A stretch of DNA of 64,000 bases, from assembly GCF_006345805.1 (NCBI RefSeq), contig NC_043025.1, positions 9,238,001 to 9,302,000 of the forward strand. The letters are read 5' to 3'. Every line of letters starts with the position of its first letter. The stretch's first letter is position 1. A program made the translations under genes and the position numbers. Below are positions 1 through 13,464 of the stretch, in pieces. A model generated the notes under the pieces. The model had not been told where the DNA came from, did not search any database, and worked only from the letters and a program-made list of their open reading frames with translations. This DNA is from Octopus sinensis (lineage: Eukaryota).

Positions 1-755
1 GTGATAGACTTTTTCTCCAAATTGAATAAATTTTAGAGTTATGTTTTTTCCTTTATTTTAAAGTGTCAAAGTACTCGGAACATATAGACCAACTGTTGTG
101 ATGATGTGAATAGGGTTCGTAAGGTCTCTGCATTCACTGGGAATGTTATTGTGACCTCTTCCATCTTTCCTAGTATATATTTTGACCCCTAATATATTCA
201 TTTGATTAATAAGGATTTTCCCCCAGTTAATAAGTACTATACCTACTCATAATAAGTCTTTTCTATGAATTGAATAAATTTTATATATATATTTTTCCCT
301 TTATTCTAACGTGTCAAAGTACTCGGACCCTATAGGCTGATTGTTGTGATGATGTGCATGGCTTTTATAAGGTCTCTGCATTCTCTGTGAATGTTATTCT
401 GACCACTTGATATGGACCTAGTTCTCCTAATTCTAAATCTGTTCATCAAATAGTAGTAATTGGCATTGTGGTGTGACAATCCTGTTCTCCACATAAATTC
501 CTTTATATGGAACTCTAACATCCCTCTCACCCCATTTCTATAAATAGAAAATTCTTTATTGTCTCCTTTCATTTGTTCTTCCCTCTCAGAACCTTACAGT
601 AGTCCGGAACAACTGAATTTTAGTCAGTAATTTGATGGGCTCCACTACCTCAAATGTTCTTAAAATTTAAATCCACATCTTTGTCTATATATCCACCTTC
701 TCTATAATGTTACCACTTGATATGTAAATTATGTATTAATGGAAAACCTCTATTC

Positions 756-841
756 ATGGCTGATGAGTGCTCAGCATTTTAAAACTGTTGTAATGCTTAC
801 AACATTTAATAAAATGATGTAGTGCGAAACGATCGTACCAA
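756..841 (+). ncRNA. Type I hammerhead ribozyme motif (Penelope-type, palindromic helix III)
   Basis: TGG-CTGATGA-G[long helix II with internal TGTTGTAA/TTACAACA hairpin]C-GAAAC-GATC-GTA-CCA; predicted cut after 837. Confidence 0.65.
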
Positions 842-1200
842 ATTACCGGAGTTATTCTTGTTGCTTATTTTGATTATATATATATGTATACAAGTATACG
901 TACGTATGTATGTATATATATATATATATACACGTAAACGTACGTATTTATATATATTTTAAAGATTTACAAAAAGGAAAATGTCAGTCATTTTACAACA
1001 ACTGTCAAGAACTCAGATGTCAGTTAAATACATTTGAAATCTGATGATTACTACGAACGTATGAAAGCGCTAATTTAACTTTATGAATATTACAAAATAT
1101 TTTCGAATGTTTAACACATTTCAATATTGGAAAACATTTTTTTTTAAATAGCGTGATAGGAAACGTGAAAACCAGACCGTGTTTTAACTTTATTCCTCAG

Positions 1201-1348
1201 ACTTTCTCGGATTTTGATTATATTCTTTGAGGAACTGAAAGTGGTAGGTGCTAGATTCCATTTGTACAGTGAATTACAGCTAGGCCAATTTGGTCGAGCT
1301 GTCTAATGTGATCGCTGCACATGCCTTTTCAGTTTCTTCGAGAAAGAT
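1201..1348 (+). CDS. Possible LRR-type exon of the adhesion GPCR, frame-disrupted
   Basis: Acceptor ttttaactttattcctcag and phase-2 donor AT|gttagt, matching the next LRR exon. Reads [15 protein letters not shown]...[25 protein letters not shown] only if two single extra T bases in T-runs are removed. Confidence 0.35.
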
Positions 1349-1686
1349 GTTAGTGTAGCCAGTTGTCCACCATATAAGAGAGCGTTTAGGGCGATCTATG
1401 TACGTTTATGTCCATGTGTATGTATTATTTATATTTTTGTTTTTATTCTCCTTCATTTACTCATCCTCAATTTCCGTGTTATTGTTCTTCTTGTCCCTCC
1501 TGTTGTTTATCGTCTTGCTTCTCTAATTGTTTTCCCCACCAACATCTTCGTTGTCGTTGTCATTGTTGCTATTGTTGTTCTTCTTCTTGTTTTCTTCTTG
1601 TTTTTCTTCTTCTTTTCTTCTACTTGTTTTCTTACTTACATATATACTCGCACACACGCACACATATATATATATACATACATATA

Positions 1687-1768
<82 letters not shown>

Positions 1769-2079
1769 TGCTTCAGGTTGACAGACGATAGCCGCCCCAT
1801 TAACACGCACACCACACCATATCACACAGCGTATGTGTGTGTCTGCGTATCTTTGAGTCTGTGCTCGTCTTCATTAATTTTTCACAACTGATGATGGTTT
1901 GTTTACTTCTACATCAGTTAGCGGTTCGGCATAAACGACCGATTGAATAGGTTCTGGGCTTTCAAAAAATAGCTAATGGGATCGATTCGTTTGAGTAAAA
2001 TCCTTCAAGTTGATGCCTCCGCATCAACTCAATCGACTGAGTGAAACAAGTAATAGACAAGAAAAGACAGTTATATACA

Positions 2080-3175
2080 TACGAGGCGCAATGAGAAGGT
2101 TCCCTGACTAGTTAAGTTTAATAAAAATATAACTTATTTACATAAGTTTTAACATCATCATAATAGTCACCTTGCCCAGCAATACACCTGCCACAGCGTT
2201 CCTGCAACTTTTGGAATTTGGCTTGGAAGTTGCTCTTCCGTAATCGAGTCGAGGATCCCGTGAGATTCGCCCTTGATATCGACAACGGTGTTAAACAGAA
2301 ACCTTTGAGCTTCATTTTCATCTTAGGAAAGAGATTGAAGTTTGCAGGCGTTCGATTCCGTGAAAAGGATGGTTGTTGAGGCGATACCATGTTGTTTTTG
2401 GCGAACTTACGGTTGACGGTACGGCCCTGGGGGTGAAGGATTCTTGATGCACATTGCCGCGGATGTCGAAAAGTATGATGAACATGCTCTTGATTGAGCT
2501 ACGGCTACTTTATTGTGCTTTCTTTGGTCTTGGAGATGAAGAGCTTTTGATCGTGACGACTGCTGCTTCTCAGGGCCCTACCCGAAGACCCAACTCTCGT
2601 CACCAGCGATGATCCATGAAATGAGGGATGAATTATCAGCGACACGCTGACGGACTTCGACACAATGTGCTTTCTGCACAATGATTAGGAGGCGGGTGAC
2701 AATCTTGACAGAGAGACACCGCATCTTCAATTCAGATGTTAGGATTCGTTGCGCGAACCCATACGACAGACTAACAACATCAGCAATGTTGTTGATTGAT
2801 TGTCCTCCGATGACAAGCTGATGAATATTTTCTCACGTATCTGAGGATGACGCTTGCGGCAGGTCTTCAAGCTCGCTCATCATCTTCCAGGGACGATCTT
2901 GTGCTTTTGAAGAGCACATTCAACTCAAAATATTGCGTAGGATCTATTGCTTCGTTGCCGTATTCTTGCAGAATCACGTTCAATGTCCCTGTAGCAGACG
3001 CTCCAATATTTCGCGTTGGCTCTGGGTTCCTGTCCAAGGCAAAATGGCAGACGTGATCACAGAAACACAAATTTCACAAAGGTCACTACCAGCTGTTACT
3101 GCACACGCAACCATGTGCCGCCACCTGTTACCACGCTACAGAACTGGTCCGGGAACGTATTGATACCACCTCGTA
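2080..3175 (-). mobile_element. Degenerate mariner (Tc1/mariner) DNA transposon
   Basis: Imperfect TIRs TACGAGG...GTTCCC.GAC.AGTT at both ends with flanking TA. Minus-strand remnants SLEDDERA, AGDESWV, FNLFPKMKMKLKG, RCIAGQGDY. Confidence 0.88.
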
Positions 3176-3179
3176 CACG

Positions 3180-3610
3180 CATACATACATAATACATACA
3201 TACATACATACATATACACATACATACATACATACATACACACATACACACATACATACATACATACATGCATACATTCATACATACATACATGAATGCA
3301 TACATGCATACATATATGTATATATACATACATGCATAAATACATACATAATACATGCATACATACATACATGCATACATACATGCATACATACATACAT
3401 ACATACATACATGCATACATACATGCATACATACATACATACATACATGCATACATACATACATGCATACATACATACATACATACATGCATACATACAT
3501 ACATGCATACATACATACATACATACATACATACATACATACATACATACATACATACATACATACATACATACATACATACATACATACATACATTCAT
3601 ACATACATTC
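3180..3610. repeat. (CATA)n microsatellite
   Basis: Direct reading; similar tracts at 23320-23510 and 38078-38205. Confidence 0.97.
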
Positions 3611-4347
3611 ATAGTATAATGATGATCGAGTTGTAAGTTACATTTTAAACTCAAATAAGTTAGGAATTTATTTCAAAATATATGGGGTGAAAATGGCAGT
3701 GCAAAGGGAAAAGTGACTTTGAATCAATATATCCCAATCCTTTTAAAAGAAAAGTATAGATTAATCAGATTTTTCAAGACGTGCACGTTGAGAAGAATCT
3801 TTTATTGAAAATCACGTTAAAAAGTATTAACCACGAAAAAGTGATGTGGCTTTTAAGCGACAAATAATTGGTAACAATCGAACCCACGTTGATGTGTTCT
3901 GATGATTCTATTTGTTTGCCTATGATTTCCAATAAAGTCTGATGAGGTATCCTCATTTTTCATTTTCTTCTTAATTGTTCAAATTATTTTCTACTAAAAG
4001 CTAAAGATGAACATTTATTGTTTTATGTTCTTCGAATATGATGCTTAAAGTTGTGAACTAGTCTGAAGATAGTCAATGTTATTGTAATAATTCATTTTTT
4101 TAAAAGTTCTTATATCATTACATTGCCACTGGAGCACATACTTTTACTATTCTTTGTTGCAGTCATTAGATTGCGGCCGTGCTGGGGCACTAACTTAAAG
4201 GGTTTACTCGACCAAATTGTTCTTAGTAATTACTTTTTAAAATCTGGAACGTAATCAATCGGATAGCTTTTGCCGAACCACTAAGTTACAGAGAGGTAAA
4301 CACATTAACATTGGTTATTAAGTGTTGGTGGTGATAAACAGAAAGAT

Positions 4348-4399
<52 letters not shown>

Positions 4400-4561
4400 G
4401 TATTCAACGGGCTTCCACACTGCTTCCGGTAGCAAATTTACTCAGAAAGCTTAGTCGACCCAAGGTTATAGTAGACGCTATTTGCACAAGGTGCCACATA
4501 ATGAGACTAAAGAATCCATGTATGTGAGAAGCAATCTTCTTGCCACAGAACCATGTCTATA

Positions 4562-4593
<32 letters not shown>

Positions 4594-5470
4594 CATATGT
4601 AAATTAAATTACAGATAAAACCACTATTAGGCAAATCAAACGGTGAAGAACATAAACCAAAACATTAAAATAAATATAATTAATATAATATACAAAATAT
4701 ATAAAATATGAAATTTAAAATTTAAATTATTTGTGATTTATTTCTATTTAAGATAATAAAATTTTAAAATATTTTAATAAGTCTTATTGTATTATTTTGT
4801 ATACTATATAAATACTGATTGTTGAAGTTATGTATATAATTATTAGATTATAACTCTACGTTATTTGTAAGATATTACTTAGCCAAAGAGATATATAGAT
4901 CGTTTATAATCTTACGGTTTTTTTAAAGTTAAGTTACTGGTTTATAATTTGATTTTAATCTTTAATTCTTTTAATGTATCTCATAATTATATTATATTAA
5001 TATTTAATATTTATGTAAGTAGTATTAGATTAATTAATTTATTTATTTTTCTTTATATGTCTATACATTTATTGATAACGTAAATGTTAGATTTTTATCA
5101 CTATATTTGTTGATAATAATTTGGTTGTTATTTTTAAATATTTTATAATTATTAGATGTGTACTTAAATCTAAAATATAAATAATGATTAGTTAGTTAAA
5201 TAATTTGGTAATTAAATTTTTGGACTATAACTCAGTTAAGGATATTCGTGAGTTTATTATGTTTTTAAGCCATATTATATATTCATAAATATCTCTAATA
5301 GTGACTTGTTCTACTATAGCTTAAATATAGCCATTTTCCATTGATGAGTTGTATTAGTATTTTTCATTGATAAATATATTCGTAGTTTTCATTGTTAAAA
5401 GAATTTTCCATTTGTTGATTATTAGTTTAGTTAATGACACGATTTTTCAAAGCTAATGAAACTTTTTATT

Positions 5471-5985
5471 AAGATAGTCTCTGTGCAGCATATAAGCTAC
5501 TGGGAAAGAGTCAAGAGATTAAGACTCTATTCCTTAGAGCGTAGGCGAGAAAGATATGCCATAATATACATCTGGAAGATCCTAGAAGGACTTTGGTATC
5601 GAGAGTTACACAAATGCTAGAACTGGGCGCCGCTGCATGGCGCCAAGGACTCCAGGTTTGCCATCAAGATGTAGGACAAGATACTGTGATAGTTTGGGCT
5701 TCAGAGGCCCACAGCTCTTCAATATCCTCCAGAAGAACCTGAGAGACCTGCATGGGATGAATGCAGATGTCTTTAAAATAAAACTGGATCTCTTCTTGTC
5801 AGGTGTCCCAGATGAACCAACTTCACGGCAGGAGGTGCAGATGAGGGCAGCTGCATCGAACTCTCTCATGCACCAAATGGCAATTGCTAAAAGCATTCCT
5901 GAAGTAAAATCATGTAGCAACACCAAATGGCGGTGCCCCAGCATGGCCACAGCTCATGAGCTGAAACTAGATAAAGATAAGATAA
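5471..5985 (+). mobile_element. 5'-truncated CR1-clade LINE 3' end
   Basis: ISYWERVKRLRLYSLERRRERYAIIYIWKILEG...GPQLFNILQKNLR...FKIKLDLFLSGVPDEP; (GATAA)n tail. Confidence 0.85.
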
Positions 5986-6660
5986 TAATTTACGTTATAT
6001 TGTATTATATTGGATACTATATAACTACGGATTGACAATTTGATTGTATAAGTATTTCGTTGTTGAAGATATGTATTTCATTATTAGATCATAACTATAC
6101 GGTTTTTGTAAGTTATTAATTAGCCAACGAGATATATTGATCGTTAAATCGTTATACGGTTTTTAAAGATAGGATATACGTTTATAATTTGCTTTTCATC
6201 TTTAATTTTTTAATATATTTCGTAAATAATAATGGAATAATTAATTTATTTAGTTTTCATTATACGTATATATATTTATTGTTAGAGAAAATTTTAGATC
6301 TTAATTATTATATTTATTGATAATAATTTAGTTATTATTCTTAAATATTTTATAATTATTAGATTTGAGCTAAAATTTAAAAATATGAATAGTGATTATT
6401 TTTTTGTTAAATAATTTGGTAATTAGATATTGACTATAACTGAGATTAGGTTATTCGTGAGTTTATATGTTTTTCAAGCCTTATTATATCTTAATAGATA
6501 AATACATTTTCTATCTATTCTTACCTTAAAAATGAATATTTGACATTATAATTGGATTGTATGACATAATCCTAATCGTTAAAGTTCTAATTTGATAATA
6601 GTGTTTTTATGAGAAAAATATTATTTAAATATATTTGCTTATTTATTTAACTATTATCAT

Positions 6661-6757
6661 TAACCTGAAGATTGACTATAATTATAATTCGAATTTTTAA
6701 TTGAATTTAAATTATTTTAATTCGAACTGGGTTATGGCCACGAAACGTACGTAGTGG
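6661..6757 (+). ncRNA. Degenerate type I hammerhead motif
   Basis: CTGAAGA at 6665, imperfect helix II TGACTATAATT/GGTTATGGCCA, then GAAAC-GTAC-GTA; helix I is weak (2 bp). Confidence 0.45.
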
Positions 6758-7154
6758 ATTTACTTATTATATTATATTATATTAAACGTTTTAATACTTT
6801 TTGATAGTCATATTAAAAAACTTAGCAAAATTAAAATATTAACTTTTAAAAATTAAAAAAATTAAAAAATTAAAAGTTTAAAAATTTTAAATTTTAAATT
6901 AAAAAAATATTAAAAAATATAAAAATGTATATATATAACTTAAAAATTTTAAATTTAAATAATTTAAATTTTAAATCTTATATATTTTGTATATTATATT
7001 AATTATATTTATTTTTATGTTTTGGTTTATATTTTTCACTTTTTGATTTGCCTCATTGTGGTTTTATCTCTAATTTAATTTATATTTATACTGTGAAATT
7101 TGATTTAACCCTAAATCTAATTTTCCCTGTAAGTTTGATTTACTCCTAATATTA

Positions 7155-7230
<76 letters not shown>

Positions 7231-7526
7231 AAATGTTATGTAAAACCCATATTGTGCACATAAAGTGTCGTTGTTATTTTTTTTTATTTTTATCAGCATT
7301 TGTCTTTGCTGTTTGGTAGTAGAATGTATTCTCTAAGGATAATTAAGTTAGATTGAAGAAACCTATTCTTGTTCAAACAACATTTCTATGAGAACTATGA
7401 AGAGAAATAAACAATTGTCTGTGAGCATCAGTTTTTATTCTCTTGGTGTTGACAAAAGAGCAATTTAGACAGTATTGAACAACAGAAAACAAATTTATTT
7501 ACTTTTACTTGTCTCTTTATTTTCAG

Positions 7527-7598
7527 AGAGTTGCAATACAACAAAATACAAAAGTATGAAGATGGCGCTTTCCTATTCCTGCCCAGTATAAAGACAAT
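7527..7598 (+). CDS. 72-bp phase 2-2 leucine-rich-repeat exon
   Basis: ttttcag|A...AT|gtaaga; translates ELQYNKIQKYEDGAFLFLPSIKTI, a 24-aa LRR unit (LxxNxIxxxxxxAFxxLxxLxxL). Confidence 0.85.
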
Positions 7599-7887
7599 GT
7601 AAGAACAAGTCTCTTTGTTGGAAAATTAAAATCATAAAATGAGTTCACCAAATTATCAGTTCTTGGCTAAGTGTAGGTGGTTAAAATATAGCGATGAGTT
7701 GGTCTAAATGTCAGCGGATCAACACGGTTTCCGAGCATTGTGCTTTATCATTGTAAAGTTTATTTTCAAATACCATGATAATTGGTTTGACCTAGTTTCC
7801 TTCATGTTTATAAATACACATAATAAACTGGAATTGACAGAGTGGCCAACATACCGACCTACACACACACAGACACAGACACACACA

Positions 7888-7956
<69 letters not shown>

Positions 7957-8754
7957 ACGCGTGTAGTCGGTGTGTGTATATACAGACATAAAAATGCACA
8001 CGCACATATATATCATTATTGCCTATATATTACAGTATTAGTGTGTATATCTGTCAGTGTAACCAGCCATCAGTTCTAAAGACGGGAATCAACGCCCCTA
8101 CCAAATTCATAGCCATGCCGTCACGTTAATTTAATTAGCCAGCAGCATCAAACGTCTCCACACTCTTTAGGGCATTTCAATCCAATACTATAACCACCCT
8201 TACCCTCATTTACAGTATAGTTTTTCTATTTTTATTTTCTTATCAACTGACCACCAGTATCGTTCACTGCACCAATGTTTGTGAACTACTAGTAAACACC
8301 ACAATACCACCAGCGTCTAACTTGGGATGAAATGTAAAACTTTCGAATCATATTACGTCACTGATGAGGCTTCCTATACTGCGCGATGCATCTGATGTTA
8401 TTACATCGTTCCCCACCCCATAGTGAGTAGTGGAAAAGGCAGCTCAAACGATTCTGTTGTGTAAATAAAGCAATAAAGCTGGTAGTTTCACTAGCATATG
8501 AATCATTTAAAATATACCCAACGTAACATCAAAGAATTCCTCACATAAATCAAGAGACGAAAGCGCATAACACGGTCCACATCTGGTAGCCATAGTGGTG
8601 ATGTGTCTTGCGGCTGGCACACTCCCTGAGACTTAACCGAAAACAGGTGATGTGGATTTGGTTTTAATGTTTCCTATCTAAGTTTTAATTTAAAAGTTAA
8701 CTCATATTTGTTCATATATATTATATATAATATATATATATATATATTATATAT

Positions 8755-8809
<55 letters not shown>

Positions 8810-8821
8810 ATATTATATATA

Positions 8822-10447
8822 CTAGCAGAGTTACCCGGCGTTGCCCGTGTTTCATACAACTGAAGAATTAAACTTTTTCTGTAATGAACTGGAATACCTA
8901 TGTTTCGAATTTCATCAAAATTGCAGATGAGGGTTGTTTCCCTCTTTACACACCCAAACAAAATTGTAATCGTGCCACATGTATCCCATACTACTGATTT
9001 TTATGCGCAGATTCCAAAATTCCAGTCTTATAGAACCTGTTAAAAGGATTTTGCTCCTGAAAAATGGAGGGCATGGAGCTCTAAAATGTGAGAGTTAACG
9101 CCCCTATTGTGGGTAGGAATCTTAATGTCAACCAGAGAAGTTGAATTTTGAGAATCTTTTAGCTTGGGTCTTGTTTGAATTTCTTGAATAGGAAATACGT
9201 GTTGACTGGGTTTGTAAAAGAGAGCAAGCTATAGGAAACCAAAAGACGAATGTCACAATAAGCAGTCAGCTACAGTACCCTAGTCGTTACCACTCCCAAT
9301 ATAGTTCCTCACCATACAGGTGACAGGTACATCCGTAGATGCATTACAAATCTATAGCAATTGGAAGGGCGTGACCCAACTGAAATAAACTTTAACAACT
9401 GTGTGAGGCTAAGGAGAACTGAAAGTTGGAGTTGGCAAATGACCCATATACTGATACATAACTGGACAGAATAACTATACAATCTATAAATGTTTGAAAT
9501 AACCAGTCACTCATCTGGGAAGGCCTTGAAATCAATGTTACAATGTGGCGACTACGTGTGACCCAGAGTGACAATAAAAAGACTGAAAGGAGATCTGCAA
9601 TCAAATAACTTTACTCAACACTGCGCAACTCAACCAGTGGAGGCAAATATGCTTCTCATTATTTGACAATTTATGCAGCACATTGCAATGAATCACAATC
9701 TAAGTGTATGTCAAAGAAACTGTTACACTGTTGTACCATTGAATAACAAATAATGCTCATCTTCTATTCTCGGATGACCCCACAGCTTCCAAGTACAATA
9801 TTCGTCTTTGCTTAGATAAAATGACACAAATTGTGGGTGTTAAATCCCCATGAAGGGTCTTTCTAATTTGTAAGATGAAATTTATAAATAGTACTTCATT
9901 TGTGTTAATATCTATGATAAAAATTTCATCAACAGCAAAAACATATGACTTGTCATGGGATTGTGACCCTTATGCATAGAATATAATTTCCAAATTTCGT
10001 AAAGATTCATTCAGTACTTTGACCTAATTTGATCATAAAAAAATTACTAAAATTTGGGAGTTTAAGGCCCCCATTAGGGTTGATCTTTAATCCTCATGTG
10101 AAGTGGAAATTTGAGAATATTCTTGATGTGTTGTCAATTACCATGGTTGAAATTGCATCACCATCGAAATTTATGAATTTTTAGGGAGGGATGTACCCCC
10201 TTTAAGGCCATCTGAAATTCAAACCAAGCATATTGCATTATACCCGCCCTTATGCATTGAATCTAAGTTTCAAATATAAAGATCCATTCAGTAATTTTGG
10301 TCCATGAAATTATATGAAACACACAGCATTGCCCTTCTCCCTAAGCTTTGATTTTGTGTTCCAAATTTCATTATGATCGTGGCAGCAGTTTCGAATGTAT
10401 AAATAATACACGAACACACATAAAGACATTGACTTTGATATATTAGA
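8822..10447 (-). mobile_element. Non-autonomous Helitron
   Basis: Minus-strand 3' end CACGGGCAACGCCGGGTAACTCTGCTAG|T; 5' end A|TC at 10447; AT insertion site within (TA)n. Confidence 0.7.
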
Positions 10448-10864
10448 TATGAATATGCGCATATACATACATGTGATATATATAATATATATATATATAT
10501 ATGTGGTGTGTGCGTGTGTTGTGTGTGTGTATTAATATTATATATATAATATATATATATATATAATATATATATATATCATATATACACACACAAAGAT
10601 AATTTGATAGACACAACTGAGTGGGCAAACAAAAATATGAGACACAGCGTAGTGCTTTTTTATGTTGATAAGCCTGGTACTTATTCTATTAGTTTCTTCT
10701 TGTGAAACCAGTAAGTTATGGGGATGTAAAATAAACGGACAGCAGTTGTGACGCAGTGATGAGGTTAAAACACAGAAACAAAGTCATACACAACACTTAA
10801 ATATATACATATATATACGATGATTTCTTAAGTTTCTGTCGATGAAATCCATATATATACATAC

Positions 10865-10895
<31 letters not shown>

Positions 10896-10918
10896 ATATA
10901 TAATATATTATATATATC

Positions 10919-10961
<43 letters not shown>

Positions 10962-10970
10962 ATATATGTA

Positions 10971-11005
<35 letters not shown>

Positions 11006-11008
11006 AAG

Positions 11009-11049
<41 letters not shown>

Positions 11050-12729
11050 ACACCCAACACACACAACACAAAATAAATTGTGTGGGCAAACAAAAATATG
11101 AGTTACTGCCTAGTGTTTATTTATATTTTGATAAGCCTGGTTATCAAAAGCCTGATATTCTATCAGTTTTCTCTTGTGAAACCAGGTACGGTATAGGGAT
11201 GTAAATAAACGAACAACAGTTGTGAGGCAGTGATGAGGGAGAAAGACAAAGACACCGCACACAGACTTACATATTACATATATATATATATAATATATAT
11301 ACGATTGATTCTTTCAGTTTCTGTCTACAAAATCCAGTGGCAACGCTTTAATTGGTCTGAGGCTATAGCAGAAGATACATGCCAGTCACCACACAGTGGG
11401 ACTGATCCCAGGACCATGTGTTTTGGAACGATTTGTTTACCACACAGCCACCTGCACCGATGTATGTGTGTGTGTGTGTGTGTGTATGGGTGTATAATAT
11501 GGATCCATGTATATATGTGAATATATATGTGTACATATTACATGTAGATCTATATATATATAAGATTATAAAGTAAATCAAAAAATAAATTAATACTCGG
11601 TATTGGTTTCAACAAAGCCTATAGGGTTCAGAAGATTATTTTCGTAAAATGGGGGAAGAAAAATTTCCAATACTTACAATTTCAGATGTATCTGCTAAAA
11701 ATTTCCAGATATATTTAAGGATTTTTAGTAAAACTCTCAAATATACCTGGTATTTTCCCCAGAAATATCTTGCAGGTGAGTAGTACCTTGGAAATGTAAC
11801 CATAATACTTATGTGACAAGTCCGTTTGCCAGCTTTAACTAGTATGTCACCTATATCTAGTATCTTGTAATTTATATATTCCAAATTAGTAATGTATAGT
11901 GACTTATCCATATTTGTATGTCGTCTCGTCCAGTATATCATCTGTATCTAGTAATCTTCTATATCTATGTATGTCATATATTTTGCATCTCATCTTTTCT
12001 TTCTGTCAGCTGTAATCTGTTTGCCCAATACATTTAACCTTTCACCATTTTTTGTCTTATGATTCCACATTATATGTAGAATGTCATCTAAAGGTTCTCT
12101 AACTACATTCTACTTAATTTTACTTTACCAATTCTGATACATGGAACATAGAAAAATTAACATCCTCTAAAAATAATAATTTCATTAATATTCCCTAAAA
12201 ATAATAACTTGAATTCTTATTTTTGAGCAACTCTTTAATATGTTTTAACATTGTAATATTAGTATATTTTCCTTAGTGCTTATATGTGAAGAATAATTTA
12301 AGACCGAAAGAAGAACACGTAAACTAACCTCATGTTTTATCTGCAAATATCGTTTTGGTTGCTGTTATTTAAATTATCACTTTCTCATTTCTCCTTTCGA
12401 ATAAATCTGCTGCAGTATGTAGTACAGAGTGGTGGGCATGGCCTATATTCGTACCTGTCTGCTCGAGGTTCAGTCTTCTCTTATTCATCTTTCCTCTAAT
12501 TCTACTCAGACAATACTTCGACCAAATATAACTGAATAGGACAATCGAATTGAGATTTGTTTTGCTTTAGGGATTACCTGATGGCCTCCTTATCAATGGA
12601 TTATTTGGTATCGGTTAAAACACACCAAATGAGACAGACCAAAGGCATATAGAAATATTAAAATGTATTGAAAGAAAATGAATAGTTATTTCTATTACAT
12701 GACTTCAAACTCAAGAAAAGATTCATATA

Positions 12730-13236
12730 TTATTATCAATTAATTATTATTATTATTTATTAATTCATTATATCATCAAATAGATTATTTCAGATCTCAT
12801 CATTATCATCATTATCATCATCATTTATATTATTACTTATAGTTATTTATTATTATTATTATATATTATTATCATCATCAATATTTATCATATTATCATC
12901 ACAATATTATTATCATCATATCATCATCATATTAATTATTATTAGTATTATTATTATTATTATATTATTATTATTATCATATCAAATTATATCACATTAT
13001 CATCATCATATTATTATTATATTATTATTATTATTATATCATCATCAATATATTATCATCATATCATCATCATCCATTATCATTATTATTGTTGTTATTT
13101 TATTTATTATTATTATTTCATCATCAATATTATCATATTACCATCAATATATTATTAGTATTATTATTATTATTATATTATATATCATCAATATTATTAT
13201 CATCATTATCATCATCAATATTATTATTATTATTTA

Positions 13237-13270
<34 letters not shown>

Positions 13271-13368
13271 TATTATATTATATTATATCAATTATTATCA
13301 TCATTATCACCATCAATATTATATTATTATTATTACTAGTCTTATAAATATTATTAATTATTATAGTA

Positions 13369-13405
<37 letters not shown>

Positions 13406-13463
13406 ATTTAATTATTATTATTATTATTATATTATTATTATTATATTATTATGATTATTATTA
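12730..13463. repeat. Degenerate (ATT)n/(ATC)n microsatellite
   Basis: Direct reading; a cleaner tract lies at 49226-49500. Confidence 0.95.
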
Positions 13464-13464
13464 C

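Larger units (their letters stand above)
4601..7081. mobile_element. AT-rich element with about 125-bp terminal inverted repeats and an internal diverged direct repeat, probably Penelope-derived
   Basis: 4601-4728 is inverted at 6961-7081; 4820-5280 is repeated at 6061-6490; contains the hammerhead motif at 6661; flanked by (TA)n. Confidence 0.55.

Noticed and set aside
1408-3654. ORFs rich in YI, MYVC and HTYI repeats (also at 23060-23629, 52352-52929, 58698-59132 and elsewhere)
   Set aside because: They are translations of (TA)n, (CATA)n and (CA)n microsatellites and have no coding signature.
8361-8460. CTGATGAG followed by a hairpin (possible hammerhead)
   Set aside because: There is no correctly placed GAAAC...GUH or helix I, so it is at best a dead remnant. 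Similar remnants near 21700, 25700, 29600 and 39215 were rejected for the same reason.
11530-12330. AT-rich stretch with ORF 11636-11941, possibly a Penelope remnant
   Set aside because: No motif could be read with enough confidence to classify it.
12571-12607. Possible mini-exon GLPDGLLINGLF after tttgctttag
   Set aside because: The donor is weak (gtatcg), the phase is incompatible with the flanking phase-2 LRR exons, and the exon is not needed in the model.
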